The notes under the pieces are model-generated. The model was not told the origin of the DNA, did no database searches, and worked only from the letters and a program-made list of their open reading frames with translations. The translations under genes and the position numbers were made by a program. From contig OZ024743.1 in assembly GCA_964016885.1 (NCBI GenBank), positions 302,622,001-302,686,000 of the forward strand: DNA of 64,000 nucleotides. Direction: 5' to 3'. Shown one piece after another: positions 27,686 to 40,730 of this stretch (position 1 is the stretch's first letter; each line of letters opens with the position of its first letter). This DNA is from Eledone cirrhosa. Taxonomy: Eukaryota.

Positions 27686-27808
27686 CTCACTGAATAATTA
27701 TAAGAGTCCACTTGAATAAGTATCTGTTGATCTTATACAAGCTTCAACATAACTTGGTATAATTTCACCCAACTTGTGGAAATCTTACAATGAAACGAGT
27801 CGTCTGGG
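27686..27808 (+). ncRNA. Type I hammerhead with about 95-nt stem II (copy 1; G8U substitution)
   Basis: CTCA CTGAATA ATTATAAGA...TCTTACAAT GAAA CGAGTCG TC TGGG. Confidence 0.7.
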
Positions 27809-28383
27809 AAGTGATATATTTGATATATCTCATATGAAATGATACAGCCAATTTTCCACACAATACAATTAGTTAGCACTCCGAACGTTTATTGAGGAAT
27901 ATACTCAGCTATTGCCTAATGTTTCTTGAGTGATTTGGAATTTGGCCGGAGTATCGCTATTAGCTTTCTCCGATTATGTATTTATATATTTACTCTTGGA
28001 GCAACAGATATGAACTTTCCCGATATAAGTTATGACTCTCTTTGTTTATATTTTTTAATATGAATATTGATTGTTTGTTCTTGTATCTCATTCTGTTATT
28101 TTGCCCGAGAAAATATCTATATGTGTCATTAAGCGATGCGCACATATGGTTATTTTTTTCATATCCAATCGAGTTCTAAGCACATGACTTGAATTCTTTT
28201 CCGAGTTCAACTATCTGCGCATGTGTTAGTTTGGCGGTAGTCTCCTTCCTCCTATTTTCGAGACAGTGTGAGATTTTCTTTCGAACTGCTGGAAAAACAA
28301 CCTAGCAGCTCCCTCAAGCAATGATGGTGATTATCGCTAAATATTGATGTTGATTTCGTTATCAATATTAATATTATTGGGCA

Positions 28384-28505
28384 CCCACTGAAGAATTATT
28401 AGAGCCCACTTGAATAAGTATTTGTTGATCTTATACAAGCTTATACATAACTTGGTATAATTTCACCTAACTTGTAGAAATCTTATAATGAAACGATCGT
28501 CTGGG
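28384..28505 (+). ncRNA. Type I hammerhead, canonical core, about 95-nt stem II (copy 2)
   Basis: CCCA CTGAAGA ATTATTAGA...TCTTATAAT GAAA CGATCG TC TGGG; palindromic stem III ACGATCGT. Confidence 0.85.
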
Positions 28506-28833
28506 AAGTGATATAGTTGATATATCTCATATGAATTGATACAGCCAATTTTCCACACAATATAATTAATTAGCAGCCTGAACGTTTAATTAGGAATATA
28601 CTCAGCTATGTCCTAATGTTTGTTGAGTGAGTTGGAATTTGGCCGGAGTATCGCTAGTAGGTTTCACCGATTATGTATTTATATATAAATATATATATAC
28701 ATATATATAGGAAAATGTGTATGTGTGGGTGAATGTGTGTATACGTGTGTGTGTGTGTGTCCCACTCTCAAGACTGTGATATTAATAAACTTTTATTTGT
28801 ACTGCCTCCCTGTTTTCGTTCCCGTTCCAGTTT

Positions 28834-28874
<41 letters not shown>

Positions 28875-29062
28875 GAAAGGTATAGAAAATATTGTAGCAA
28901 AAAGCCAACAGTATTCCATAATATATAAGTGACTATAGCGTCACAATGGGAAAATAGTTAACGTAAGATGTGGGAAAAATAATTCAAAACTCAACTCAAA
29001 AAGAATTAGGATATGGATTCATCCAACAGAATTTAGTGAAATCCTGGGGAAAATCAATAGAG

Positions 29063-29137
<75 letters not shown>

Positions 29138-29138
<1 letters not shown>

Positions 29139-29790
29139 TCTTTTACCTGTTTCAGCCATCCGGCTGAGGCCATGCTGGTACACATTTTATCTCCAGCCTG
29201 TATAGGTTGGCCACTAGTGTAAGAGGGAGTTTGTTGCTGCTGCCCTTAGGTTTCCCTCGTGTCTTGCTGTGGGCTCATCCAGGATCCTGGATAGCAACGT
29301 GTCGAGATGTTTCTTGAAGACATCCAGCTCCACGTCATGCGAATATCTCAGATCCCTCGGCAGCTTGTTGAAGATTTGACGGCCCTTGAATACCAGGCTA
29401 CTGCAATACCTGCTCCTTATTCTAGATGTGGAAGACGGGAACTTTGGCACCACACAGTGACGTCCTGTTCGACGGTTGGTCCAGCTGCCAATGCCAAAGT
29501 TTGGTGCTAGTCTCTCCAGGATTTTCCACATGTAAATCACTGCGTATCTCTCCCGTCTTCGTTCCAAGGAGTTCCTTTAGCCTCTCCTTGTAGCTTGTCT
29601 CCTTCATCGTGGCAATCTTCTTGGTGTAGCTTCGCTGGATTGCCTCAATCTCCGTGGTTAGTTTGAAACTATGGGGTGACCACAACTGGGAGCAGTAGTC
29701 CAGGCGGCTTAGGACAAATGTCCTCCATATTGTCAACATGGTGTCTCGGTCTCTTGTCCGGAAAGTCCTCAAGATCCAGCCGGGGATATC
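29138..29790 (-). mobile_element. CR1/L2-group LINE 3' fragment
   Basis: [15 protein letters not shown]...[11 protein letters not shown]...SYKERLKEL; [16 protein letters not shown]; tail GCTGAAACAGGTAAAAGAG. Confidence 0.85.
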
Positions 29791-29813
29791 GGTCCCTCCT
29801 GGTCCCGTGTAGT

Positions 29814-30309
<496 letters not shown>

Positions 30310-30734
30310 CAATATTGGCAACACGAACAAAACTCTGTAGACAATATCAACTTTGAGCATAACCTCTGGTTTATTTTTGTGGCAGATATTCCAATATCTC
30401 TCTTGATGTATGCGGTTCACCACCGTCGTTAAACGTATGAATATGAATCACTTGTTATACTAATTTGATATTTCTGCTCTGTGTTAAAATTGTTCAATTT
30501 ATTCTACCCGTTAAAGGTATATTTCTATCCGTGTAAACACATGTAGCTTAAAAGCTTAGATCTTATCAATCGCTACAGTCTGTTGATATCAACACCAAAT
30601 GTCCAAGCCTAAGTTTATATATGAATTTGATGCATCTTCTTGAAGGTGTATTACCAATATATATATATATATAATGGCGATGAATTAGTTTTGCGAGGTT
30701 TTTGATATGAAATCGTGTGTCGAAACAAATATTG

Positions 30735-31337
<603 letters not shown>

Positions 31338-31395
31338 TATTACCCACTCTACTACCCTAAGTATTGAGTACTGGTTCCTTACCACATTTCCTTCG

Positions 31396-31467
<72 letters not shown>

Positions 31468-31519
31468 TTCTATATAATACTTAATAAAAACAATCAAACA
31501 TTTTAACACTAAGATTTAC

Positions 31520-33420
31520 CTTTGGTTCATGTTGGTTGGTTTTCGCTTCTGTATCCTTTATATCGTTTAATTTAATGTATTCAGTCCTCAATGTTACCAT
31601 TGACTGAACAACGGTCAAAAATACAGATACAATATATACACAAACACATATATATATTCTAACAAAGTGCTTTTGTTGCACATCTGCAACATCGTCAGTG
31701 GTGCTATTATGTTTCCTCCCGTTGTATTGTATGTCTACGCCATCTTTATTTAGTCTTTTTATTTATTTATTTATTTGTTTATTTTTTGTCTTCTCTGCGC
31801 ATGCGTTTGCGTGGGTGTAAGGTGTTTCATTTAATGTGTGTTCGTGTTTGGGTGACTGTGTATTGGTTATTTTATTCTATCTTAGTTTACTAGTGTGTGT
31901 TTATATGTGTTTGTTGTTATTGTGCTTGTGTATGTATTTATTTATTGATTTATGTATACTTCTCTTAGGTCAGTGCTTTTTGTTTGGGTCTTGTTGTTAT
32001 TCTATTGTTTCTGTTTAACCTTGGCCTTCTAAGTTCTATTTTACTGGCTTCTCTGATTTGCCTATCTGCTGGGTCATTTCTATGTTTAGATATTATTCTA
32101 ATTTCTATGTTGTCTATGGTAACGTCGTGTTGTTGTCTGACATGTTCGTATAGTACTGAACCGTTTTTCCGTCCTTTTAGTTCCCCCCCAGTGTTGGTCT
32201 ATCCTTTCACATATGCTACGAGCTGTCTCGCCTATGTATGTTGTTGTCATGTTTCTGCAAGTACCATATGTACATCTTTTGCTATATACTATGTTTCTAG
32301 ATTTACAGTTTATCCGAGGCTTTACTTTACATATGATACATTTCCTATTAGTATAGTGGGTTTTCTTAAAAGGGTAGGTTTTGCTGATCAGGGATTTTAT
32401 GGTGGTTCTTGGCTTTTCTACCACCTCAATCTTTAAGTGGGTCTTTCTCATCGCCTTTCTACACGGGTTAGCTAATTTCCCCATCCAGGGGTAGCGTCCA
32501 CAAACATGATACTCTGGTATCTTGGGTTGTCGTAACATGAGGTGGCTTTCCCTATCTTATGTCTAGTCCTATCTAAGCTATTCCATGATTTGCTCCCGTA
32601 TAATGGTCAAATTCCTTTCATGTCCAGTTCTATGAGGAGCTTATACTTCTCCGTGGCTCCTTCGTATACTCTGATTCGGTCTCTTTGGATGTAGCCAGAG
32701 AACTGCATGCGGTTCTTGAAGTGTTGGATGTGTCTTTCCATTTCTGTTTGGTCGCACATGCGGGACACGTTTTTCATCACTCGTACCATGTCTGCGACCA
32801 GAATATTAAATTTAGCACTACTGGACAATGTTGAGTTTTTGAGTATCAGGTATTTGGAGGCCATGGGTTTAGCCTAGTGTGAGTGGAGAATTTGGGCTCT
32901 CTCGTCTATAATGTTAATCCAGAGTTCCGTGTCTAATACAGGTATTCTATTGTTAGGGTGTTTGGAAGGGTAGTCGATAGTTACAGTTATACTCTTGTGT
33001 ATGGAATTATATATCTGCTGGATGCTTTCCATTGTGCTACGTTCTAAATCAAACTTGTTAGTGCTCTCTTGTGGGGATGTCCTTATTACTATATTTATGT
33101 CGTCTATGTAACGAGAGTACATGATGAGGTTATGGAGCTCTCATCATGGAGATCTTTGAGTCTCTTTTCCGACCATAGCATAAAAAGGCTGGCAACGTCT
33201 CCAGCTATGCTGACGCCGATGGCTGCTCCCTCATTTTGGGTGTAGATCTTCTCGTTGAACTTGAATGTGTGGCCCTTTAAGGTAGTTTTGATACTAGCTG
33301 CTATTGCATGTGCGACCATTGTTTTTGGGGCTCCGTATAGATTTGGTCCACCCAAACCACCTTCCCAGGGGAGTCTTTTTTGTAATTGAGGTTATAGTGC
33401 TGTCTACCTCTTATGGGTCT
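31520..33420 (-). mobile_element. Neptune-like PLE (family C), left arm: RT fragment, GIY-YIG, 3' UTR
   Basis: FKFNEKIYTQNEGAAIGVSIAG, YSRYIDD, IPVLDTEL, MQFSGY, YIGETARS. Degenerate HHR at 31655-31707. Confidence 0.9.
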
Positions 33421-33496
33421 ACTGGGGCAGAAACCTCTAAGGTCATGGCTGTCTAGGTAGTCTGTGTCGTAGGTAAGTCTAAGTAGACGGCCTCAG

Positions 33497-34855
33497 CAAT
33501 GTCCAGCAGGGCTAAGTTTAATATTCTGATCGCAGACCTGGTCCGAGTGATGAATAATGTGTCCCGTATGTGCGACCCAAAAGAAAAAGAAAGACACATC
33601 CAACACTTCATCAACCGTATGCAGTTCTCTGGCTACAACCAAAAAGATAGAATCAGAGTATACATAGGAACCACAGAGAAGTATAAGACCCTCATAGAAC
33701 TGGACATGAAAGAATTTGACCATTATACAGGAGCAAATCATGGAATAGCTTAGATAGGGCTAGACATAAGATAGGGAAGGCCACCTCATGGTACGACAAC
33801 CAGAGATACCAGAGTGTCATGTTTGTGGACGCTACCCCTCGAGGGAAATTAGCTAACCAGTGTAAAAAGGCCCTGAGAAAGACCCACTTAAAGATAAAGG
33901 TGGTAGAAAAGCCCTGAACCACCATAAAATCCTTGATCAGCAAAACCTACCCTTTTAAGAAAACCCACTGTACTAACAGGAAATGCATCATATGTAAAGT
34001 AAACCCCCGGTACACTGTAAAACTAGAAACGTAGTCTATAGCATAAGATGCACAGAGGGTACTTGCAGAAACATGACAACAACATACATAGGCGAGACAG
34101 CTCGTAGCATAGGTGAAATGATAGACCAACGCATTTGGTGAACTAAAAGGACGAAAAAAACGGTTCAGTACTATACGAACATGCCAGACAAGACCACGGT
34201 AACATAGACAACGTAGAAATTAGAATAATATCCAAACATAGAAATGTCCCAGCAGATAGGCAAATCAGATAGGCCAGCGAATTAGAACTTAGAAGGCCAA
34301 GGCTAAACAGGAAAAATGAATGGAATATCAACAACACCCAAACAAACAACACTGTCCTAAGAGAAGTATAAATAAATAAATATATAAATACATACACAAG
34401 CACAATAACAACAAACACATATAAACACACACTAGTACACTAAGATAGAATACAATAACCAATACACAGTCACCCAAATATGAACACACATCAAACAAAA
34501 CACTATACACACACGCAAACGCATGCGCGGAGAAAACAAACAAGTAAACAAATAAATAAATAAATAAATAAATAAACAGACTAAATAAAGATGGCGTATG
34601 AATACAATGCAACGGGAGGAAATATAATAGCACCACTGACGATGTTGCAGATGGGCAACGAAAGCACTTTGTTTGACTATATAAATGTGTTTGTGTCTAT
34701 ATTGTAGCTGTATTTCTGACCGTTGTTCAGTCAATGGTAACATTGTGGACCGAATAGATTAAATTAACCGATATAAAGGACACAGAAGCGAACACCAACC
34801 AAACAGTGAGTGTGTTCTGTTATTAATTCTGGCAAATATGAACCTCCCCAAGTAT

Positions 34856-34860
<5 letters not shown>
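33497..34860 (+). mobile_element. Neptune-like PLE (family C), right inverted arm: C-terminal part, GIY-YIG, 3' UTR
   Basis: Reverse-complement homolog of about 31520-32850 (MSSRAKFNILIADLVRVM..MQFSGY; YIGETARS). Confidence 0.9.
34627..34680 (+). ncRNA. Minimal hammerhead, canonical core (family C)
   Basis: ATAG-CAC-CA CTGACGA T GTTGC-AGATGG-GCAAC GAAA GCAC TT TG-TTTGA-CTAT. Confidence 0.75.
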
Positions 34861-34939
<79 letters not shown>

Positions 34940-34942
<3 letters not shown>

Positions 34943-37900
34943 TTATGTCCTGGATATGACATTAAACTACATCCAGTGGCAAGGCTCCAGTTCGGGAGTT
35001 CAGGAGTTGTGGGGAATGTGGTGTTACCCCTTAGTTGTCATGACTCCCAGGTCGGCCCTGGCCCGGGGTAGTAGTACATGTTAGGGCTCCATTTATTGGC
35101 TAAATAACTACCTTATTCGAGTGGCGCCTGTAAGTATTGTCAGCCATTGAAAAGAAATATGGAGAGTCGATCTAACAGCACTAGGGTTAGAGCCCCTAAT
35201 TACACTGACAAGGAGCAGCCTGGTCGTTATGACTCTGCTGGCTTAGAGCCACAGAGAGGGCCAGTGAATGATGGATCAGCTGTCTCTGAAACAAATATAA
35301 AGAATGCAGTTTTGTTCTGCAGAAGAGCCATGAAAATAGGCACTTTGAATGTGAGGACTATTCGGACGCTGGAGAAAAGAGAGGAGTTGGGACATCTGTT
35401 CGAGGAGAGTGGTATACAGATACTTGCGATCCAAGAACACAGGATCCTACACGATGAGCCCGTGAGCAGTGTGACGATCGGGAAGAGGAGCCAGCTCATC
35501 ACTACATCGGCAGTGAAGAACAAAACAAATGCTGTAGTAGGAGGAGTGGGTTTTGTGTTCAGTGCAAAAACCAATCTTTTGGTGAGGGAAATAAATGCCT
35601 GTCTCCCCGCGAGTGTTGAGTGTGACCTTCAATGGCAACCCAAGATTGACAGTCATCTCAGCCTATAGTCCAACCGAGAGGGACAGTGATGTGAGTGCGG
35701 AAGAGTTCCATGAGGAGATGTGTAGAGCTGCCAACACCACTCAGGCACACAATATCCTGCTTGTTTTGGGGGACTTCAATGCACATCTGAGTAAGGAGGG
35801 CAGTGAAATCCTTGCTGGTACTTCCATAACAACACCAAACGAAATGGAAGACTACTGAGAGACACCCTGCTGGAGGCGAACTTGATAGCGACCAACCTAG
35901 GGTTTAGGAAGAATCTGGGGAAGATGAGGACCTACATCTCAGATATGCACCTATCCAAGTCCCAGATTGATTTCACTCTGGTGAGGAAAAAGTGGCGGAA
36001 TAGTGTTCTGAACACTGAACCATACAACTATTTCAGTACACTGGGTAGTGAGCACCGGCTTGTTATGAGTGAGGTCCGGGTGAGCTTAAGAAAGAGCAAG
36101 GCTCGGCCTCGGAGAGCAATCTATGACTGGGGAGCTTTCAAGGAAGATGATAAGCTACAGGAGAGGTTCACAGTGGAAGTGAGAAACAGGCTTAGTGCTC
36201 TGTGTAGAGAGTCAGAGGAGAGAGAGATTGGATGGACTGAGTAGAGTGTGACGAGAAGGTACGGGCACTTCACCAATGCTGGTGGCGGAAGGAAGTGAAA
36301 CCCTGGTGCCGAATAAAAAGAACAAAATGAAGCACGTCAGCTTTGCAAACCCAAAAGTGTGTGCAGCCCGAGAACACCTGAAAGCTGCCAAGGACCAAAT
36401 CTATGCTGATCCTACGGAGGAGAGGATGGAGACTATGGAGCTGATGAGGGAAGAACTCTGTATTGCTTACACTGAGGTCAGAGAGGAGGCACTGATAGAG
36501 AAGTTCAGAAGTGTGGAGAGAGCGGTTGACAGATCTGGATGTAAGGAGAGCTGGATGATCATCAACGAGATCACAGGGAGGAAGAGAAGGTGTTCGTGTC
36601 AGATCCAGGGAACGGGGCCCGAGGATAGGAAGAGGAAATGGCTAGACCATTTTAGGACCATATTAGGAGAGCCACCCTCCACAGCCCAGAGCAGTGGGGA
36701 GATCAGGCGGCTGTTTGAGTAACTGGATGTTGAGATAGAGTCCTTCACCAGAGAGGAGCTTCAGAGAGCCAAGAAGAGGATCAAGGAGGGTATGGCTCAT
36801 GGGGAAGATGGAGTGGCATCAGAGGTGATGAAGAAGTGTGATTTTGATGATATCTTCCTGGGGTTCTGTAACCGGGCACTGGAGAAAGGAGTTGCCCCTA
36901 ATCAGTGGAGGATCAGTAACATCGTCCCAGTGCCAACGAGGGAGATCTCTCTAACACCAACAACTACAGGGGAATCTCACTGACGTCACTTGTGGCAAAG
37001 ACCCTCAACATGATGAGTCTTAATAGGATCTAGCCTGAGATGGAGAAGAAGTTCGGGGACAACCAGAACGGCTTCAGAGAGGGAAGATCAACCACCAGTC
37101 ACATCCTGATGCTGAGGAGGATATTAGAGGGAGCTAGAGCAAAGTGCCTTCCTGCGGACATGGTTTTCATTGACTTTAGGAAGGCCTTTGATTATCTGGA
37201 GCGTTGCTGCCTGATGACTATCTTAGAGGCTTATAGAATCCCCAAGAAGATAGTGGACCTGATATCACTGCTCTACACCAACACCAAAGCCCAAGTAATT
37301 ACACCTGATGGGATGACAGAGTTCTTTGAGATACTGGCTGGAGTGCTCCAGGGAGATACATTGGCTCCCTACCTTTTTATCATCGTAGTGGACTATTGTA
37401 TGCGCCTTGCACTGGAGAAACACCATGACTCTGGCTTTACTGTAGCACCGGCTCAGAGCAGGAGAGTTCGGGCGAAAAAGGTATCGGATGCTGAGTTTGC
37501 CGACGACATAGTTTTGGTGACAAATACAGTGAAGGAGGCAAAGGATTTGATGCGGGAGGTTGAGACTGTGTCGATGAGTGTGGGGCTGAGAATGAATGAG
37601 ACTAAAACAAAATATCTGGTAGAGAATGTTGAGAAGCCAGAGGAGATCACTAATGTAGGCGGGAAGCCGCTAGAATTGGTTGACGGCTTCCTGTATTTGG
37701 GAGCAAAGATTGGGAATACGGAAGATGATGTGTTTGAGAGGAAGAGCAAAGGCTGGGCGGCGTGCCACAGCTTGAGATCGGTGTGGAAGTCGGAACTTCG
37801 TAAAGACCTGAAAATCCGCCTCTTCATTGCTGTGTTGGAGTCTGTGCTGCTGTATGGGTCTGAAACTTGGACACTGACCAAGAAACTCACTCAAATGGTG

Positions 37901-38256
37901 ACTGGGTGCTACACGAGAATGCTGAGGATACCTCTGAACATTAATCAGTATACACTGAGGATGAAAAACTCAGAGCTGTATGGGAGCATCCCAAAAGTCA
38001 GCTCAAAAGTGACACAGAGGAGACTGAGGTTAGCTGGACATGCTCACCGACATCCAGGTTTAACATTGCACTCAGTGCTCCTTTGGGAGCCCCTACATGG
38101 ACACACTAGAAGTGGAAGACCAAGGTTAACGTATGTTGATGCCCTAAGGACAGACACTGGTCTGTTGGAGACGCAGGACATGGCAGCGATGATGAGAGAC
38201 AGATACCACTGGAGAGAACTCGTCCATGGATCTCGGGAATTTTACCCGCCTTAGAT
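34940..38256 (+). mobile_element. Near full-length RTE-group LINE (APE endonuclease + RT) with frameshifts and stops
   Basis: MKIGTLNVRT, ILAIQEHR, AYSPT, LGDFNAH, QIDF; QNGFREGRST, FIDFRKAFD, GVLQGDTLAPYLF, FADDI, FLYLGA, LLYGSETW, RRLRLAGH. Confidence 0.93.
37040..38254 (+). CDS. RTE LINE reverse transcriptase domain (open segment of a disrupted ORF)
   Basis: 404-aa ORF with non-LTR RT motifs as listed for the element. Confidence 0.9.
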   Translation: MEKKFGDNQNGFREGRSTTSHILMLRRILEGARAKCLPADMVFIDFRKAFDYLERCCLMTILEAYRIPKKIVDLISLLYTNTKAQVITPDGMTEFFEILAGVLQGDTLAPYLFIIVVDYCMRLALEKHHDSGFTVAPAQSRRVRAKKVSDAEFADDIVLVTNTVKEAKDLMREVETVSMSVGLRMNETKTKYLVENVEKPEEITNVGGKPLELVDGFLYLGAKIGNTEDDVFERKSKGWAACHSLRSVWKSELRKDLKIRLFIAVLESVLLYGSETWTLTKKLTQMVTGCYTRMLRIPLNINQYTLRMKNSELYGSIPKVSSKVTQRRLRLAGHAHRHPGLTLHSVLLWEPLHGHTRSGRPRLTYVDALRTDTGLLETQDMAAMMRDRYHWRELVHGSREFYPP

Positions 38257-38289
38257 ATAAATATTTACATATACATAAAGTCACAGATA

Positions 38290-39282
38290 TATATGTGGCA
38301 ACCGTTCACGATGTGGCTCGTTGAAGAATTAATAAATTAAATAATCAGAGCAATATATTATAAATTATGTCCTTAGGCACATTAGATAAAATATATATAG
38401 TATTTCCTCTCCCAATTAGCATAATTAAACATGTAAAAAAATCAATTAGACCAGGCTATAATAATAAAGGCTCCTATGAAGAAACATTTCATAAATAACC
38501 GAAAGCAGCCTCTTCGCGGTTGACCACAATAAAGTACTTACCCAACATTTCAACAGCATGTAGACACTGACCAAATATACCGTCAATTATACACAATTAG
38601 GAATAAATTTATAGTTAGAAGAAATGCGTACATACCGAAAATATATCCCTACCATGGTTTCGTTCGTATTTTGCGATATCCTATTAAGGATAAATCTCGA
38701 GTATCGAACTCATCAGGAGACAAACTCAATACGACAGTTAATTCTCCAAAGCGATCCCGCCAGAAATAGATTCAAAAATTGGCTAAGAATAGTGACGTGG
38801 CAGTGGTTAAGTTAGAAATAATGTGATTAGATACTTACGGCGTGTAGACTGGTTAATTATGCTAATTGGGTGAGGAAATAGTATATATATATTATCTAAT
38901 GATTCTAAGGACATGATATATTATATATATATATATATATACATTTTTTCTTCTTCTAACTTTGATTGTGTACCTAATTATGTATGGTTAACTATATGTC
39001 TAGTCAATTTCTAGAGGCTTTCAGAAATACTGGGTACATTTCCTGTAGCTCTGAATCGCGGATAAACAGCTATATAATGTATCTATTGTTTCTTCATTAG
39101 AATATTTTAAACTTATAGCCTCGTTTAAATAATTTTTGTGTGGTTGATTTATGGTGATTGGGGGAATAAATAGTGTATATATTTGATCTAATGATTCTAT
39201 GGACTTACTTTTTATATATTGCTTTGATTATTATGTATTTACTTAATTCGTCTTTGAACCACACCGTGAATGGTTGCCAAAA
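38290..39282. repeat. Diverged, nested inverted-repeat element
   Basis: GGCAACCGTTCACG..TGTGG (38297) vs CCACACCGTGAATGGTTGCC (about 39260-39279). 38365-38430 is also inverted at 38855-38915. Confidence 0.6.
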
Positions 39283-39346
39283 ACATATATATATATATAT
39301 ATATGTATATGGCTTTGACTAGTTTAAATGTATATACCCTTTAAAT

Positions 39347-39428
<82 letters not shown>

Positions 39429-39741
39429 TGTATCGAATATATATGTTTCTATATATAGACAGGTACACGAGATATCGTTTTCGGTTCCCTCGTACACCGT
39501 TAGAAAAGCCTTTAACGAGAAGTGTTTCAACATACATTATTGGTTGTCTCAACAAGAGGTTTACTTTTCTCTAGGTCCACCGTATTGTTGGCCTTTGATA
39601 GGTCCGATATCAATAATCCTTGGAATAGTTAGAAATGGTAAAGAGAGGATTCACAAAGATAAGCAGTACAGTATGTAAATGCTAGAAATAAACCCTAATA
39701 TAGCATGAATCTGTGGTAATCCTCTTTTTTTATCTTTTGTT

Positions 39742-39786
<45 letters not shown>

Positions 39787-39795
39787 ATATATAGC

Positions 39796-39890
39796 CCGGA
39801 CGGCAGAGCTCAATCCCTTTCGACGGCTATTCCTTGACTATTTCAGTCCTGAAATAGCCGTCGTAACGGCTTGAGCTCTGCCGTCAGGTA
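39796..39890. repeat. About 95-nt near-perfect hairpin between TA tracts
   Basis: GACGGCAGAGCTCAA / TTGAGCTCTGCCGTC outer arms; GACGGCTATT / AATAGCCGTC inner arms. Confidence 0.8.
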
Positions 39891-39934
39891 CTCTGGTGCG
39901 TTATGGTCCATCTGTTTCTTACCACACCTCCCTC

Positions 39935-40008
<74 letters not shown>

Positions 40009-40017
40009 TATATATAT

Positions 40018-40730
40018 ATTGTTATACTTTGGGAGGGTCATGTTGCCAATAAGAAACACACGCACCAGTTGCTATCACTTCTATTTATTATAATAAAGTT
40101 ATAAATTTAGGAATTTATAAATTTCTGGTTGGTTGGTTCCACAATCAGATAGTAGTTTATATATATTGTCAAAGTTCTTTCGTCACACATTATGTGACCC
40201 CTTCAGTGACTGGGGATTTTTTTCTTTGTTTTTGTGCCTCTCCTTTGTTCTGTCCTACGCTATTTTGTTTCTGTGTGTGTGTTGTGTGCTCAGTCTGCGC
40301 ATGCGCCACATCCATGTGTCTGTGTGTGTTTATATTTGTCTATTTATTTGTTTATTTACATGTTACCGGTTGGTTGTTTGTTCTATGTGTGTGTGTGTTT
40401 TCATTTTGTCCTTAATTGTAAGTTGTGATGTTACTGTTTCACTTATATTTTCTATTTAATTTTGGTTGTAGTTCTTTTATGTTTATTGCCTCTGTGATTT
40501 GTCTAAACATTGCGTCTTTTCTGTTTGTAGATTCTATATGAGAGGTCACAGAATGTGTGACGAAAGAACTTTGACAATATATATAAACAACTATCTGGTT
40601 GTGGAACCAACCAACCAACCAGAAATTTATAAATTCCTAAATTTATAAATTTATTATAATAAATTGAAGTGAAACAACTGGTGCGTGTGTTTCTTATTGG
40701 CAACATGACCCTCCCGAAGTATAGCAATAT
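40018..40730. mobile_element. Fold-back of a family-C-related PLE 3' UTR, with hammerhead at 40168-40210 (-) and a partial copy at 40541-40575 (+)
   Basis: 40018-40198 is inverted to 40545-40730. GTCA CTGAAGG G GTCACA-TAATG-TGTGAC GAAA GAAC TT TGAC; the other arm has ..AGAG GTCAC. Confidence 0.8.

Larger units (their letters stand above)
27598..28686 (+). mobile_element. Retrozyme-like element: two about 390-bp direct repeats, each with a hammerhead, around an about 310-bp non-coding spacer (unit about 698 bp)
   Basis: 27598-27988 matches 28296-28686. No ORF in the track. Bounded by (TA)n. Confidence 0.8.
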
